Assembly (NCBI RefSeq): GCF_004010195.1
Contig: NC_057751.1
Location: 17,327,960-17,391,959 of the forward strand
DNA from: Chiloscyllium plagiosum
Taxonomy: Eukaryota
Direction of reading: 5' to 3'
DNA: 64,000 nucleotides
The position numbers were made by a program, and so were the translations under genes. The notes beneath the pieces were generated by a model. It was not told the DNA's origin and did no database searches. It saw nothing but the letters and a program-made list of their open reading frames with translations. This document shows positions 1 through 13,324 of the stretch, one piece after another (position 1 is the stretch's first letter; the number at the start of each line of letters is the position of its first letter).

Positions 1-242
1 TTCCAATTCAGTCCACACGCTAACTATTTTCCAGTGTCAGAGAATTAGTTCAGCTGTCGTCATCTGTTTGTTCTCACTTTTCAAGAAGGAAAAAAAACAT
101 CAATTTGGAATGTTGTGCAATAGAAATATCCCCGTGGAGATACCGATGAGCATAAAATTAAAATCCTGCTGATCGTTCACAATAGATTCAAACTGACGGG
201 GATTGCCTGCAGAAGTTAGTGACACATTACTGCCCACTGAAA

Positions 243-309
243 ATGCGCGATCTGGTTCGAACAGTGAGAAAAATATTCTACCTGGTGCTCGGCGTCATTG
301 GCTTTCCTG
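243..309 (+). CDS. GPR139/GPR142-like class A GPCR, copy 1, exon 1
   Basis: ATG at 243 reads MRDLVRTVRKIFYLVLGVIGFP plus one G, then a G|GTGAGT donor at 310. Splices in phase 1 onto exon 2 to give ...GFPVNLAMVGIL (TM1). Missed by the ORF track. Confidence 0.88.
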
Positions 310-1313
310 GTGAGTGAAGATAATCACTGACTTTGATTAAATCCCTGCCTGACCTAGATTCTGCGGTTACCCAGTGAGCAAGAATGTTACTTCAACAGCA
401 CGTCAGCTCAAATATTCCGGACATACTTCAGCAGTTTCATTCTGCTGCTGTCACTGTTTCAATCTCTCCTCACGATGTTATTGCAACAGTGATGGACTAT
501 TCCATGAGTAGAACAAAGTCTCTGACGAATATTATGTGAAGGACTGTAATCATTTGTACAGTGATTGGATAGAACGAAATTGGGATATTATGTTTCAATC
601 GTTATGGTTCAGAAACTCGTCTTAAAAAGAAATTTATTTTTAAAAAAGATGGATTTCCAAGAAAACTCATGGACTGAAGAAAAGCAACATGCAATTCCAT
701 TGAACATATTATAGCTGAGGCAATGGCTGTCTGAACACATGAACACTCCTTGCCAGTTCTGGCTTGCTCAGGAAGAATGTTCACCCTCTCTTAACAGTTT
801 CTTTCTTTAATGCTCATTCCCCACAACATCAATAGTGCGACAACCTCGGAGCAAATGGCACCTGCCTTTGAGTTGCATCTAGTATGCATTTGATACCATC
901 CGCTACTGCTGAAAGTAGTATTGCAAATTCTTTCGAAGGAAGAAGCTGGAGTTTCAGGAACATTTCTCTTTTTATCAAGCATGTTGCAAGTTTGGTCTTT
1001 GGCATTGCATTGAACTGAAATTGGTCTGAAAGAATCAGGTAGTTTATAATCTGCATGTGCATTTGTTCCACATATAAAATCTTACTGGCCCATTTTCTTC
1101 TTCTAAAAACCCTGCTTCATGCTCACGTCCCATATGGATAAAACTGTAGGTGTGAGTTTCACTGCTGTGTTGTCAATTCAAATTATTGATCCTCTTACCA
1201 AATACTTTGACTTCCTTGTGTTGATGAAATCCATCCTTTACCACTTAGTTTCCATGATGGAGAATGTTCGTCTGAACTGATCATTTTTGTTTTCCCTTCT
1301 CCCTCTCTTATAG

Positions 1314-2176
1314 TCAATTTAGCGATGGTTGGAATCCTACTTCGGGCTAAGTGTGGACTCTCATCCTGCAGCAGGCGTTATCTGCTGGCCATGGCAGTGG
1401 TGGATCTGTTGGTCGTTATCATTGAGATCATACTCAAAAGAATCAAATATGATTTTTTCCCACCATCATTCTTGGACATTACCCCTGTGTGTTCTGTTCA
1501 CGCTGTTCTGCGCCGTCTACTCATAGACTGTTCTGTCTGGTTCACCATCGCTTTCACCTTTGATCGATATGTCACCATTTGTTGTGAGAAACTGAAAATT
1601 AAATACTGCACTCAAAAAACTGCAACTGTCGTTCTCACAACAATTGGCTGTCTGCTTTTTCTAAAAAATATTCCTGTCTACTTCAGGTTTGAACCATATG
1701 TGATCATTGACAATGTACCATGGTACTGTTCGAATTCAGATGCATACTATTATGACCCTGTGTGGATAGGATTTAACAACTTTGAGAAGATTCTAACACC
1801 AGTATTCCCTTTCTTTTTAATTCTGTTCCTCAACGCTCTGACAGTCAAACACATTTTAGTGACCAGTCGAGTTCGGAAAGGTCTGAAGGGTCAGAGTAAT
1901 GGAGAAAATTCTAGTGACCCAGAGATGGAGAGTAGAAGGCAGTGTATAATTTTACTTTTCGTCATTTCTGGAAACTTCATAATTTTGTGGCTGTTATATA
2001 TTTTATATTATTTCGATATTGATGATCCTTTAGATAGGGATGGGAAATATGCATTTGAAAGAGTTGCATACATGCTGCGAAATTTGAATTGCTGTACGAA
2101 CACCATTGTCTATGTGGCATCTCTGTCCAAGTTCAGAGAGAGGCTCAGGAATCCATTGGAAGCTATTTTTGCTTGA
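1314..2176 (+). CDS. GPR139/GPR142-like class A GPCR, copy 1, exon 2 (spliced protein 309 aa)
   Basis: Polypyrimidine tract and TAG acceptor at 1311-1313. Open frame with YLLAMAVVDL (TM2), FTFDRYVTICC (DRY), hydrophobic TM4-6, SDPEMESRR and NCCTNTIVY (NPxxY variant), then SKFRE. Confidence 0.92.
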
Positions 2177-4901
2177 AATATTCAATCAAACAAAAATCAA
2201 AGCAACTGACTGAGCAGCACTTAGTGTGTTCGATTCAGAAGAAGAAAATATCCGGGACATGTCTGAGCGATTTTGTCAGCTAGGGACAGGAAGTTGGACA
2301 ATCTGAGGAATACTGAGAACTGTTGTCAGATGCCAAATAGAAAGGGGCCAAGGAGGGTAGATGGCTCTGGTATGACCTGAAGTGAATGAAGAGAAGTAAG
2401 CAGTCTCCATTATAAAGAGTTTCACAACAATAGAAGAGGAGGAAACATAATTCTTGGAGGGAATAAATAGACACGAATTAGGAGCAGAAGGAGACCGTTT
2501 ATCTTTTTGAGTTCGCCAGACTTTTCAATCAAATCAGGGCTGATCACCTGCATCAATATCAGTTTCCTTCACCACATCGACTCCAGTTGTTCTGAAACTG
2601 AGGAAGTTGAACTATCCCCGTGCTGAACTGAGATTATTGGAGACCTGAAATTTACAAAAGTTGTCAGAAAAGTTATCAGTGCAGCGAACGTTCAGTTGAC
2701 CAGATATAAAAATGGCAGGAAAGCAATCGAAGTGCCTCCCGCAGGACAGGAAGTGAAGCTGATCGACAGATTCTCTTCCATGAGTTCTCAGCTACTCACA
2801 TTCGCTCACGCAAAGCAATTACAGCTTCACAAAAAAAATGTTGCGCATACGGCAAATCTTCATGTGTAATTGCATTCTAACAAAATTCACAATGAGAAAC
2901 AAGTGTTTTTAATTTTCATTCTGTCCCTATCCTGGTCCTTTCACTGCTGTCACCCGTCCACCTGAGTGAACACCTGGGCTTTTCATGTGTGAAAGTGCCG
3001 TGTTACAATTTCAGCACAGCAAGCAGATGAGTTTGGAAGTGAAATAATAGGCCATCACATAGATGTGGGGATGATACAGTTCCCCATTCATGTTAAGCGT
3101 TGACTGTCACTCAGAGCTAAACTGAGGACCGTTCACTTGCTCCATCTTCATCTGCATAAATACTTTCAGAATATATTCTTAGCAGACAGTCCGTTTTCGA
3201 GCCGAAAGTGATTAGAAGGTTTTCAGTTAGACGAGTCTTTTCCATTTTCATGACATTGATACCAGTCTCGTTGCTGAAAATTTCATAGATTGCATTTCTT
3301 CCCCAGTCTCGATTACGTCACTGCTGGAACTCAGAGATTCCACACTGTGGTAACTGGACTTTAGCAAATTCAATGCTGTCTGTTCTCCAACTGTCATGAC
3401 GTCCCACTCATCAGTCATTCCCGTCTGCTTACTACCCACATTCATACCCCCTATCAACTATCATCCTGAATGAAATAAGCTTGCCCTTTTATATCAATCT
3501 CTGCATGCCTCTACCTATCCAAACGTGGAAATTACTAATCTTCTATTACCGGATTTATGTTGATTGCCTCCTCCAGTCACTTTGTTTCTCCTTACTTCTG
3601 TTTCATGCTGGAGTCGTGCATGTCCCAAAGCACTCTACTCGTTGTCAAATCGCCATCATCACAAACGCCTGCAGCCCTTCCGTTCGCTGCAATGCCCTTC
3701 AGACCATCTATGATATTATCCTTAAAATGGTCCTGTCTCTAAAGTTCTCCATAACACGGTGCTGTCTATTGCCATCTCCAGCTTTGAAAACATCTACAAT
3801 TTATTAAAGCTCCAGCACCGAGAAATATTTTGAGTTCCTCTAATTCGACGAGTCCCTCAGCACGCACAGTCTCAGTTATACCATGCAGACCTCACAATGC
3901 TTGCCATGTGTTTCACAGTCTCCATCCCACCAGCAAACATATCAATCTCCCCAGTTTCCTTCTTCATTCCTATCTGTGTAACTCCTCCACCAATGAAGTT
4001 CTCCATATTTCTGCAACCTCTTCCTGACAGACAGTGTTCATTGGCTGCATACACCTGTACTTGGAAGTAACACTCAGTAACTCCTCCAGTTAATCTCCAG
4101 TTACTGCCTTCTAATATCTGTTATCGTCTCAAACACCAGCATATGTGACTATCTCTGCAGCTTCCAACATCCCTAACACAGCTCCTCGTTGTTCTAACCT
4201 TCGCCAATCACACGTACGCTCTCAACCTTGTATGTACCCTGACATGCGTCAAATTCGTCGAGCCATTCCTGCATCTGTAACATCTCATGCCGGCCTTTCC
4301 AATACCCCGACCTGTACATTCATTCCAACCAATGTCCATTCATCTGTGAGTCCAACACTCCTTACAATACTTCCCTTCGCTGCATTTTCCGACTACGCCC
4401 AAAGCACTACCCCACCTTTGTTCTGTCCGTTTCGTTAACATCTTCCAAACGCAAAAACATGCCCATTGCTGCTATCATCTTCAGTCCTAATACACCTACG
4501 TATCTTGGTACAATATTTCATTCAGCACAAATGCGAAGTGTGTTTCCGTCTGTCTCATTCAAGAATGTGTCAACATTTGCCATTGCAGAATTTGTTGAAT
4601 GCTGCTGTTTTGCAGGGTGCAACATTTTGATGACCGCTGCAGGCCACTCCTCCTGAACAATATCTGACGATGCTGAATGGAGGCCACTCCTCCCACACTT
4701 TCTTCATTGTGATGCTGCCTGCACGCTAGTCTGCCTGGCCTACATTCCAGTGTACCACACTGGAAGTCATTTTTCGATTCTTCCCAGCCAGACCTTATGT
4801 AACAGTTTTCAGAAGGTTTCTAGAAAGGACTCACTGCCTCACGACATGGAGAATCCACCACAGAAAATTGGGAAACATGCAGAATACCATGTACCTCACA
4901 T

Positions 4902-5514
4902 TGAAGATCTAAGATCACTTAAGAGGAACCTCTTGTTTCGAGGTCGGTCAAAATAATCGACAAATGCGGTCTGTTCACACAGCAACGGTCATGGGTTATT
5001 AGAATTAAGGTATCTTGACGCAATTCTATCAAACAACACTGAGTTTAAAGCTTCTGTGTTCCGTGGTGAAGTTGCAGAATTACATTTGAAAATTACACAT
5101 TATTTGTATGATTTTCTTAAGAGATAGTACAGCCTTAATTACAGGGAAGATCAATCACATGTAATAAGGTGACATGATTTACAGCAAGTTAGTCCAGTGG
5201 TTTTCCTGGGAAAGGGTTTTTAATTACAAGAAATTTTCAATCAACTGTGATATGGTGACATGATTGACAACAGGTTACTCGAATGATATTCCTTGGAAAA
5301 GAAATCTTATTTACGTAAATTATGATGCCATATATTTGTTCAAAGTTGTTCGAATGATCAATTAATGTATCAGTATTATTTTATGAAAACTCTATTGTCT
5401 CCATTTTTGAATTTAAGCTTAATTATGCAAATCAACAGTGCAGCGTCAGAGGGTTCAATCACTATTCTCAGCCATTTTATAGTATTCTTTTAGTTTGATT
5501 TTTTTTTTGTGGTT
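4902..5514 (-). repeat. ERV 3' LTR (copy 1; start of U3 and PPT deleted)
   Basis: Direct repeat of 16736-17355, e.g. shared AATCGACAAATGCGGTCTGTTC; terminus TGAAGATCT on the plus strand. Confidence 0.85.
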
Positions 5515-5533
5515 CATAAAGGCATGGATCAAA

Positions 5534-7750
5534 TTAATCCAATTCAATGGCAGCGAAGAATTTCTCTTCCTCAAAACGGGAACCAGGGGCAGGCAATGAT
5601 GATTCCTCATCATGATTTAAGAGGATACGAAGCACTTTCTGCTTGGAACCAATACTATTAATAGACGTTAATATTTTAGCAATAATACACTTAACTATAG
5701 CAATACCAACACAAAGACCAATTGAATCAATAGCACCATATATAGCCATCTTCATTAGCTAGTTGTACCATGATCCATAAACCCTAATCTCCCCATCCTG
5801 CATCATTGTTCATTTGGTTGATAAAAGTGCGAATATTATCAATTTGTCTAGTAATGTTTTTGATAAGATCAGTGACCCCGATACTGCCATTTTCTTTAAT
5901 TATAGCGCAAAATGCACCTTCCTTCACAAGTATGTAATCAGTTTCGTTGGGCGAATAGATGCAATTCTGAAAGCATGTCCTTAATTTCTATTAAGGCAGC
6001 AGTTGTCTAATTTCACCAAATCTTGAGTTCACAAATAAGAGAATTGTGGTTTTGATGACTAATAACTCCTGAAGACCCTCATCATGAAAGAACACTTAGA
6101 GCTGCATATGCCAATGAGTGTGCTTCACTTCTTGATATGGACTTTGGATTCTGCACAGAGGTCTGGAGAAACTTAACGTTGAAAGGGGGAGTTGTGATCC
6201 CCTTGCTAAGTAATTGGACAGGGAACAGTAGTTGGAAAATGTGTACCTACTGGTACCGCACGAGGAGTACGTGCTCTATTCAGGACTAACCATAACTAAA
6301 AAAAAAACACAATATCCAAGTTTAGTATCGATGATAGAGGGACCTTCCCAGTAAGAAGCGGGCCTATCTTTGTGACTTCGTGGGGTATGTGGATAATCCA
6401 TGATTACATAATTTGGCTCTGGGTGCTGAGAGTGAAAACCATCCAATCGAATGTGGTGAGTTTCTTAATAAGAAATATGGTTGGCATCCCAAAATGGTTC
6501 TACCCATTCAATGATTTGGAAAATATTCGTGCCATGAGGGGGATCATAAGGAATGTGGGTGTTGTTACCCTTTCCATATAGATAGGGATACATTTTTCGA
6601 TAAGGCTTAAACATGAGATGCGAGATCCTTCCGAAAAGCAGTGACGACTAATACATTTAATCATAGCACTGAGAATAATTTTAGGAACTCTTAATGAGCG
6701 CATCCCCATCCCTTACTATTGTAACAATTGGGATAGGATATTGTGCATTTTTTGGAGGAAGTCCATAAAAAGTCGCAAGTGGGAATAGGTAATAACCAAA
6801 AGAGATATTACATCCTGTCAATACTGTATTACTATTCCATGCCCCCATGTTAGGAGTTGGATGGATAAAAGGGGCCAGGGTGTCTCTTGCTGAAGTAAGG
6901 GCATAACAAACTACTTCATCCTCTCCACATATTTTATGACGGGTTTCTAGAAACAAATTGTTAGTGAAGGATAACATCCCCCACTCCCCTTTGTCTCTTT
7001 TGCTACGTGATCTATCTGAAAGGGGACAAGGCTGACCAGGTATGCCCAAAGTACAAATGTAATCAAAATGGAATGCAAAACCTTCACAGGGTAAAGACCA
7101 TTTAGACTTGTTCTGTTCATCTTTTTTGATGCAGCTGACCACTGCAAAAGTCATTCTTGGGAACATTCAGTCTTTCAGCTCGTAACGACATCTTCCTGGT
7201 ATATTTGGTACACAGTCTCTGTTTGCTCTGGATCGCACAGGTAAAGTGTCCCTTCCTCCGCACGAATGCTGGCAATGGCATGTTCACACAGCAGGTCAAG
7301 TTCGATCTTTGTCATCACCCACCTCGCAAGGTTGGAGACCCCGGAGTGTCCATTGTAATAAAGTATAAACCATTTCCTCCTTGTATATTGTATATAAGTG
7401 TATACAATATAGATATAATCTAGGAAAATTGGAAACAGCAAAGAGGTAGCACAAACTAATGTATTTGAGGTCATCAATATTCTGATGTGTGTATCGAGGG
7501 TGTACCTTATTTGAGGCTATAATTTGTGCTCTTCGGCAGGCTAGAATCCCTAGGAGCAATTTTGAAATAAATAATTCTCAAATTAATCAAACTCAAATAG
7601 CCCTCTGGAGTAAATATGTTTCCCATACTGGCAAAAAGCTCTTTCATGCTAACTGTACTGGAGATTCCCTTCCTACCCATTATTTTCTTACTTTATATGG
7701 AAAAGCCAAGGTATGGACGAATTGAGCAACCTATTTTTTTATAAATCCAG
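5534..7750 (-). pseudogene. env: ERV env remnant, copy 1
   Basis: Cys-rich fragments with a furin-like RSKR (ORF 6681-7166); TM ectodomain SELHLFAQRN/DYILVKEGAFCAIIK (immunosuppressive-domain-like); hydrophobic anchor and tail (ORF 5534-5755) ending just before the LTR. Confidence 0.75.
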
Positions 7751-9625
7751 CTTTACTAGGATGTATACTGTTTGAGGTGTTGCTACTTTAAACATTTATA
7801 TTGTATACAATTTAGATTAGATCAGCAATATATTGCATTCTCCTTTCCAAAAAAAAACCCTTGAGCCCAAATTAAATGGCTTGATCTACAACTGTAGATA
7901 ACAGTATTTAGAATTAAGTGTAAGAACCCAATGGTGATTTTCAGCAGAAAACCTGGTAATGAATATTACGTTGTCCCCAAATATGGGAACATGACACAAT
8001 GCTTTCAAATAACACTGATATATTTACAAATATTAAGCTTACGCTAGAATTTAGATATTGGTACAATCTTAAAATTATAAACCATCACTGGTTAGTATTG
8101 AATATCTAAGTAAAGTTAACAGCTCATCCCGACAGTCCTTCTTAGATCGAACAGCACAATTAAAAAATAACTCATGTCAACCAGTGTGTATTCTTATGAG
8201 CTCCACACACAAAGCAAAGATATTTAGGCTTAACGTCCATGTATGAAATTGAATCACTTGATAATTCAGTCGGTAGTATATTCTAAAATAAAGTATTTAT
8301 TTCAGAAATGGAAATTAGCACATGATTTCCAAATTTCAAAATAATTTTGAAAGCAATCTAAGCACTAAACCCATATGATTACAGTCACTAAGCAACAGAG
8401 AAATCAACATCTACATTGTGAATTGGCATTGAATCATTCCCCTGTGACTTTTGCACCTTACCCAGGTCTGGAATATCCATCCTTCTACTGCGTCTAACCG
8501 TGTTTTGTTGGGGATCCAATGGAAGCTTGAGGTGTAAAGCTGCCTGCTTGGCAGCTGCATATACTTGCCCACCACTTTAGAAACAGTATCAGTTTCATCA
8601 GCATGAGTCGAACGCCTTGATAATCGTCAGATTGATTGAACAAAATACTATTACTGTGATGAAGCGCCCTTGGGCTTAAAAATCTTCAATGTTCCGACAA
8701 GGCTCCAAAATGATGGATCATATTAAAATCACAATGAAGATTCAGTGTTTATTAGTAGATTTTGATCGGATGAAAGCATGTTGATACCCAACGTCAGCTC
8801 CGATGTAATATTGAAGAGACATTACTCCCAGTTGGCCACATTTCAACAGTTAAAGCAAGTCCAGGAATTTGCCCCTGGGGTTTTTGATGTCTTGTTGCCA
8901 GACTCAAAGTTGAAATGTTGGGGCCTGCCTGGCCCATTTTCAGGATCCTCTCGGGAAGAATTTGCCAAGCAGTGGTCTTTGGGGATGTACATGAGTTAGG
9001 TTTCTCACCCAGCAGGTATCCTGGTTCCAATCAAACTTATCAGTGCTGGTATACGGCCTTTTGGATCGCGACGGCGGTGTATACAATTTGTTTTATCTGT
9101 AACTTGCATCATGGTTCACTCCGGTTCTGGTCATAACATATAAATCCACTGCTCACCTCAATTGCGACTGGAAATTCCTGGACTGGTTCGTCGTGTTGTT
9201 CTGCATCCTGACAGTTACTCCAGGCAGACAACATTGCAAAAACAGTGGGTGAAAGAAAGGTAATTGAGCTGCTTGATCACTGTTCAATTGTTTATCACTT
9301 CCATCAGACAGATAGGTGCATCTTTCAGTCATGTAAATAAAGCCATTCGTATTTATGTTACTCCCAGAATTTTACTGTATTTACATTCGTATCACTCTCG
9401 GACATATTGAACAAATTTGGCCGGTTTGGTCTTGCAGTTGGACACATGCTTCATGAACATAACTCTAGTTCCCGGGGTGGGACTCGGTTTAGGATGGTGG
9501 AGGATACACATCCCCATAATATCGGCTATGAAGAATGGTTGCTTCACTTTCAAAAGAAGGAAAAGTGAACAATAAGTGGATGGTTTAAATTAAGCCTGAT
9601 GACAATCAGGAGATGATTACATTTC

Positions 9626-9912
9626 CTGCAGTGTGGAAACAGGCCCTTCAGCCCAAAACGTTCACACTGATCCATCAAAGAGTAATTAACCCAGACCCAT
9701 TTTCCTCTCAAAAGACTTTAGGCAAATTAGCATGACCAATTCACCTGATACGCACATCTTTGGACTGCGGGAAGAAACAGGAGCACCTGGAGAAAACCCA
9801 TGCAGACACAGGGGGAATGTGCAAACTCCAGGCAGACAGTAGCCTAAGGCTGGCAGTGAAACCAGGAACCTGGCTGCAGTGAGGCAGTAGTGCTAACAAT
9901 TGAAGCACCAGG
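9626..9912 (-). mobile_element. tRNA-derived SINE (HE1/V-SINE-like)
   Basis: tRNA-like head, TGGAGTTTGCACATTC core and AAGGGCCTGTTTCCACACTG tail. Confidence 0.85.
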
Positions 9913-12506
9913 TTCAGCACATATTTAACGGCAAAATCCCTATCCTCAAAGAGGGTACGCCAAACAAAGGCTCGGGATTCTGAGTAGAATCTAAGTTACC
10001 GTATTTTTTACAGTATTTACAATTTACATTATTGTTGCTTTATTATATATCTATCTCCCACATTATTCAACTGGCCAGTAAGGTAGCTTTGCATTCTTTA
10101 AATACCAATGAATTAATGCAGCTATGTTTCAAATTAAATATGAATTAATATTACAGTTCACCGACAATATGTGAAGAAATCCTGTCAATTAACTTTGATT
10201 TGGACTAAAACAATTGATTTATTAAAAATAATATAAATCATAATAAATGTAATAATAAATAAAATAATTAATTAAAATAATCATTATCTGTAATTCAGGG
10301 TGGAAACCAACAAGTGATGAAAACATTTCATAAACTGTACATTGCTGCTTTATTCTTCTTATCACATCATTCTCTTCTCTTCTGCAATTGATCTGCAAGC
10401 CGCTAATTGTATTTTAACCTTATTTAACCAATTTATCAATTTATGTTTGTCCATATTTAAAGCCTGTTCCGCCCTATACATTTTGGAATCTTGATTATCA
10501 TAATCTAAAAGTTAATCTTAGGATTTGAATATTCAGCTAACTCCATGGCAATGGGGCCGTGATGCGACAAAAGTAATAGTGATCGATATACCACCCTGTT
10601 CCTCGATAGTTTTGGCTGACCCTATTGTCCAAAGGGAAGAATGGTGGGTGACAGCAGTGCCTGGTTAAGTCAGGCAGCAGTTCTTTTTCATTTATTATGG
10701 ACACCGAATGATATGGATAGAATTCATTTTGGATTTTGGAGAGAGCACTGAGCGGAGTGGTACCAAGCATACTTTACGCATTACTGAGTGGGGATCCAGC
10801 TGAAGAAGATTACGGAAAATAAGTTTTTATTTATTCTTGTGGACATTGGAGAAGCAACAGAGCTGAGTTCTCTTTGTCTTGTTTTGAGAGCAGATATTCC
10901 CTGTGGTAATATATCAATGGTCATTATTTTTTACAATATATCTCTGAGTAGCATATTGGCTTATATATTTTATAAATACATATATTGGAAATTCATTTAT
11001 TCAATATATAATATTTAAAATGTAAAATGCACACCGTTCCCAGCTTTAAAACTCATCATAGTTAAATTTAGTCCCTTAATTTAAATCCAAAATTAGAATT
11101 CTAGAGTAGTCCTGAACAGTCATGGCTCAATTACAATGCTAAAGATCCTGAAATAACTGGAGCTGCCTCAAAAGGTTTTGTCTACTCACTGAAAAAAGAA
11201 CTTATACTGCACGAATAATAGCAGAATCCAAGACACAAATATTAATCAAAGGATATTAATTTTTAGATGATTTATCACAAGTTAATGTTGAGCTGCGACA
11301 TCAATTGTCATTGAAGGACTCCCTCCAAAAGATTACAACTTTCCTAACCAATAATCTCCAATAAAACACAGCAGTCTTAAAATTAAGTTGAAGTAAACGT
11401 GTCTGAAACAAATAAAAGGTTACAATGTTGTCTTCCTCGGTATTAAACTGATTTCAAATTGAATAAGGTTGGCTTTCATGTAAAGATAAAGGAGATTAGT
11501 TAGAAACTGAAAGTGGGACAGTCATGACCTGTCAAAAGAACAGGAGTTAATATTTTATTTCATAATCACTTAAGGTCCTTAAACGTAAAAGTAATCATGT
11601 TAAATTTCCAAAATGCGAACCAGATTCAAACCAGTCCTGGATCTTGAGCTGGAAGGACAAACATTCAATCACTGACAAACTAATGTGAATTCCAACAGAA
11701 TCACAAAGGGTTAAACTTTCTTCTATCTTTGACAGCTCTTTCTCTCTCACTCTCTCTCTCTCTCTCTCACACACACACGAGGGAGGGACATACACACACA
11801 CACCCCATATTTCAGGTTTTACCTTGGGAGTGAAGTCTCGTAAATCCTGGTTTTGCCTCATCGTTACTTAACCAACTGTGCAAGAATTGTTTCCGCTGGC
11901 CAGCCTTATCTTTTCACACATCAAGAACAACGACCACCCTCCATATTTCATGAACAAATAACAATTACCAAAACGAACAAAAAACAAAAAAGCAACAGAG
12001 CAAGACATGTCAAGCTGAACATTTGACGACGGAAAAGGGATTATTTTGTGAAAGAAAACTGTTGATTTGTACTCTGACTCTTGCGTGTGGTGGAGGATGA
12101 CTGTAATCAGGAGTTTATCCCAAGTGCCATAGGAATTCTGAGTGTAGCTCTCATGAAAACGTCTTTAGTTTCCCTGTGTGGTCTTTCGAGGGCAATTAGA
12201 GGTCGAATGGTGGAGACTGCCGCAAATAAGGCAGTTTCTAGTCGGGCAGTCACGAGCCCAGTGATATAGGCTGTTACAATTTAAACAGGTTGGGCATGAA
12301 CCCCAAGGGGGAGTCCCACTGCCATCCCCACGACCGTGGTCTTGATTGGTGCAGCGCCACTACTATGATGACCGGGTAGCTGTTGAGGTGTCTCCTCTTA
12401 GACTACAAATTCTGATTTTACACGGATTGGTAGTCTATCTTCACTCTGCTGATTCCACAAGGCCGCAATAGAACGATGGAGTTGATTAGGGATGTCTTCA
12501 AACCAG

Positions 12507-12780
12507 GAGAAAATGAGGTCTGCAGATGCTGGCGATCAGAGCTGAAAATGTGTTGCTGGATAGCGCAGCAGGTCAGGCAACATCCAGGGAACAGGAGAAT
12601 CGACGTTTCGGGCATAATCCCTTCTTCAGGAAAGAGGAAATTTTGTCCAGCAGACTAAGATAAAAGGTAGGGAGGAGGGACTTGGAGGAGGGGCGTAGGA
12701 AATGTGACAGGTGGAAAGAGGTCAAGGTGAGGGTGATAGGACAGACTGGGGTGGGGGCGGAGAGGTCAGGAAGAAGATTG
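12507..12780 (-). mobile_element. Penelope-like element terminal fragment
   Basis: Same ~130-bp module as 13191-13324 and 28526-28933 (minus strand CCTGAAGAAGGG-x4-GCCCGAAACGTCGATTC) plus a purine-biased extension. Confidence 0.65.
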
Positions 12781-13058
12781 TGATTTCAAATTGAATAAGG
12801 TTGGCTTTCATGTAAGGATAAAGTTAGAAAGTGAAAGTGGGACAGTCATGACCTGTAAAAAGAACAGGAGTTAATATTTTATTTCATAATCACTTAAGGG
12901 TCCTTAAACTTAAAAGTAATCATGTTAAATTTCCAAAATGCAAACCAGATTCAAAACAGCCCTGGATCTTGAGTTGGAAGGACAAACATTCAATTACTAA
13001 CAAACAAATGTGAGTTCAAACAGAATCACAAAGGGTTCAACGTTCTTCTATCTTTGAC

Positions 13059-13105
<47 letters not shown>

Positions 13106-13190
13106 ACACACATACACACACACATCATATCTCAGGTTTTACCTTGTGAGTTAAGTCTCGTAAATCCTGGCTGTGCCTCATCGTTACTTA

Positions 13191-13324
13191 GCCCTTCCTG
13201 AAGAAGGGTTTATGCCCGAAAAGTCGATTCTCCTGTTCCCTGGATGCTGCCTGACCTGCTGCGCTTTTTCAGCAACACATTTTCAGCTCTGATCTCCAGC
13301 ATCTGCAGACCTCACTTTCTCCTC
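13191..13324 (+). mobile_element. Short Penelope-like terminal module with flanking duplication
   Basis: Flanked by CCTCATCGTTACTTA at 13176-13190 and 13321-13335; absent at the paralogous sites ~11870 and ~37766. Confidence 0.7.

Noticed and set aside
1325..2176. Single-exon GPCR starting at ATG 1325, and the gene symbol GPR139
   Set aside because: That ATG is ACG in copy 2 and the ORF lacks most of TM1, so the spliced model fits better. Orthology to GPR139 cannot be shown by eye.
3248..4656. Short ORFs conserved between the arms (e.g. 3248-3457/45763-45954, 4145-4438/44764-45057)
   Set aside because: Similarity is explained by the segmental duplication; no domain or splice support seen.
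10537..10790. Possible pol remnant present only in ERV copy 1
   Set aside because: No protease, RT, RNase H or integrase motif found in the frames I translated.
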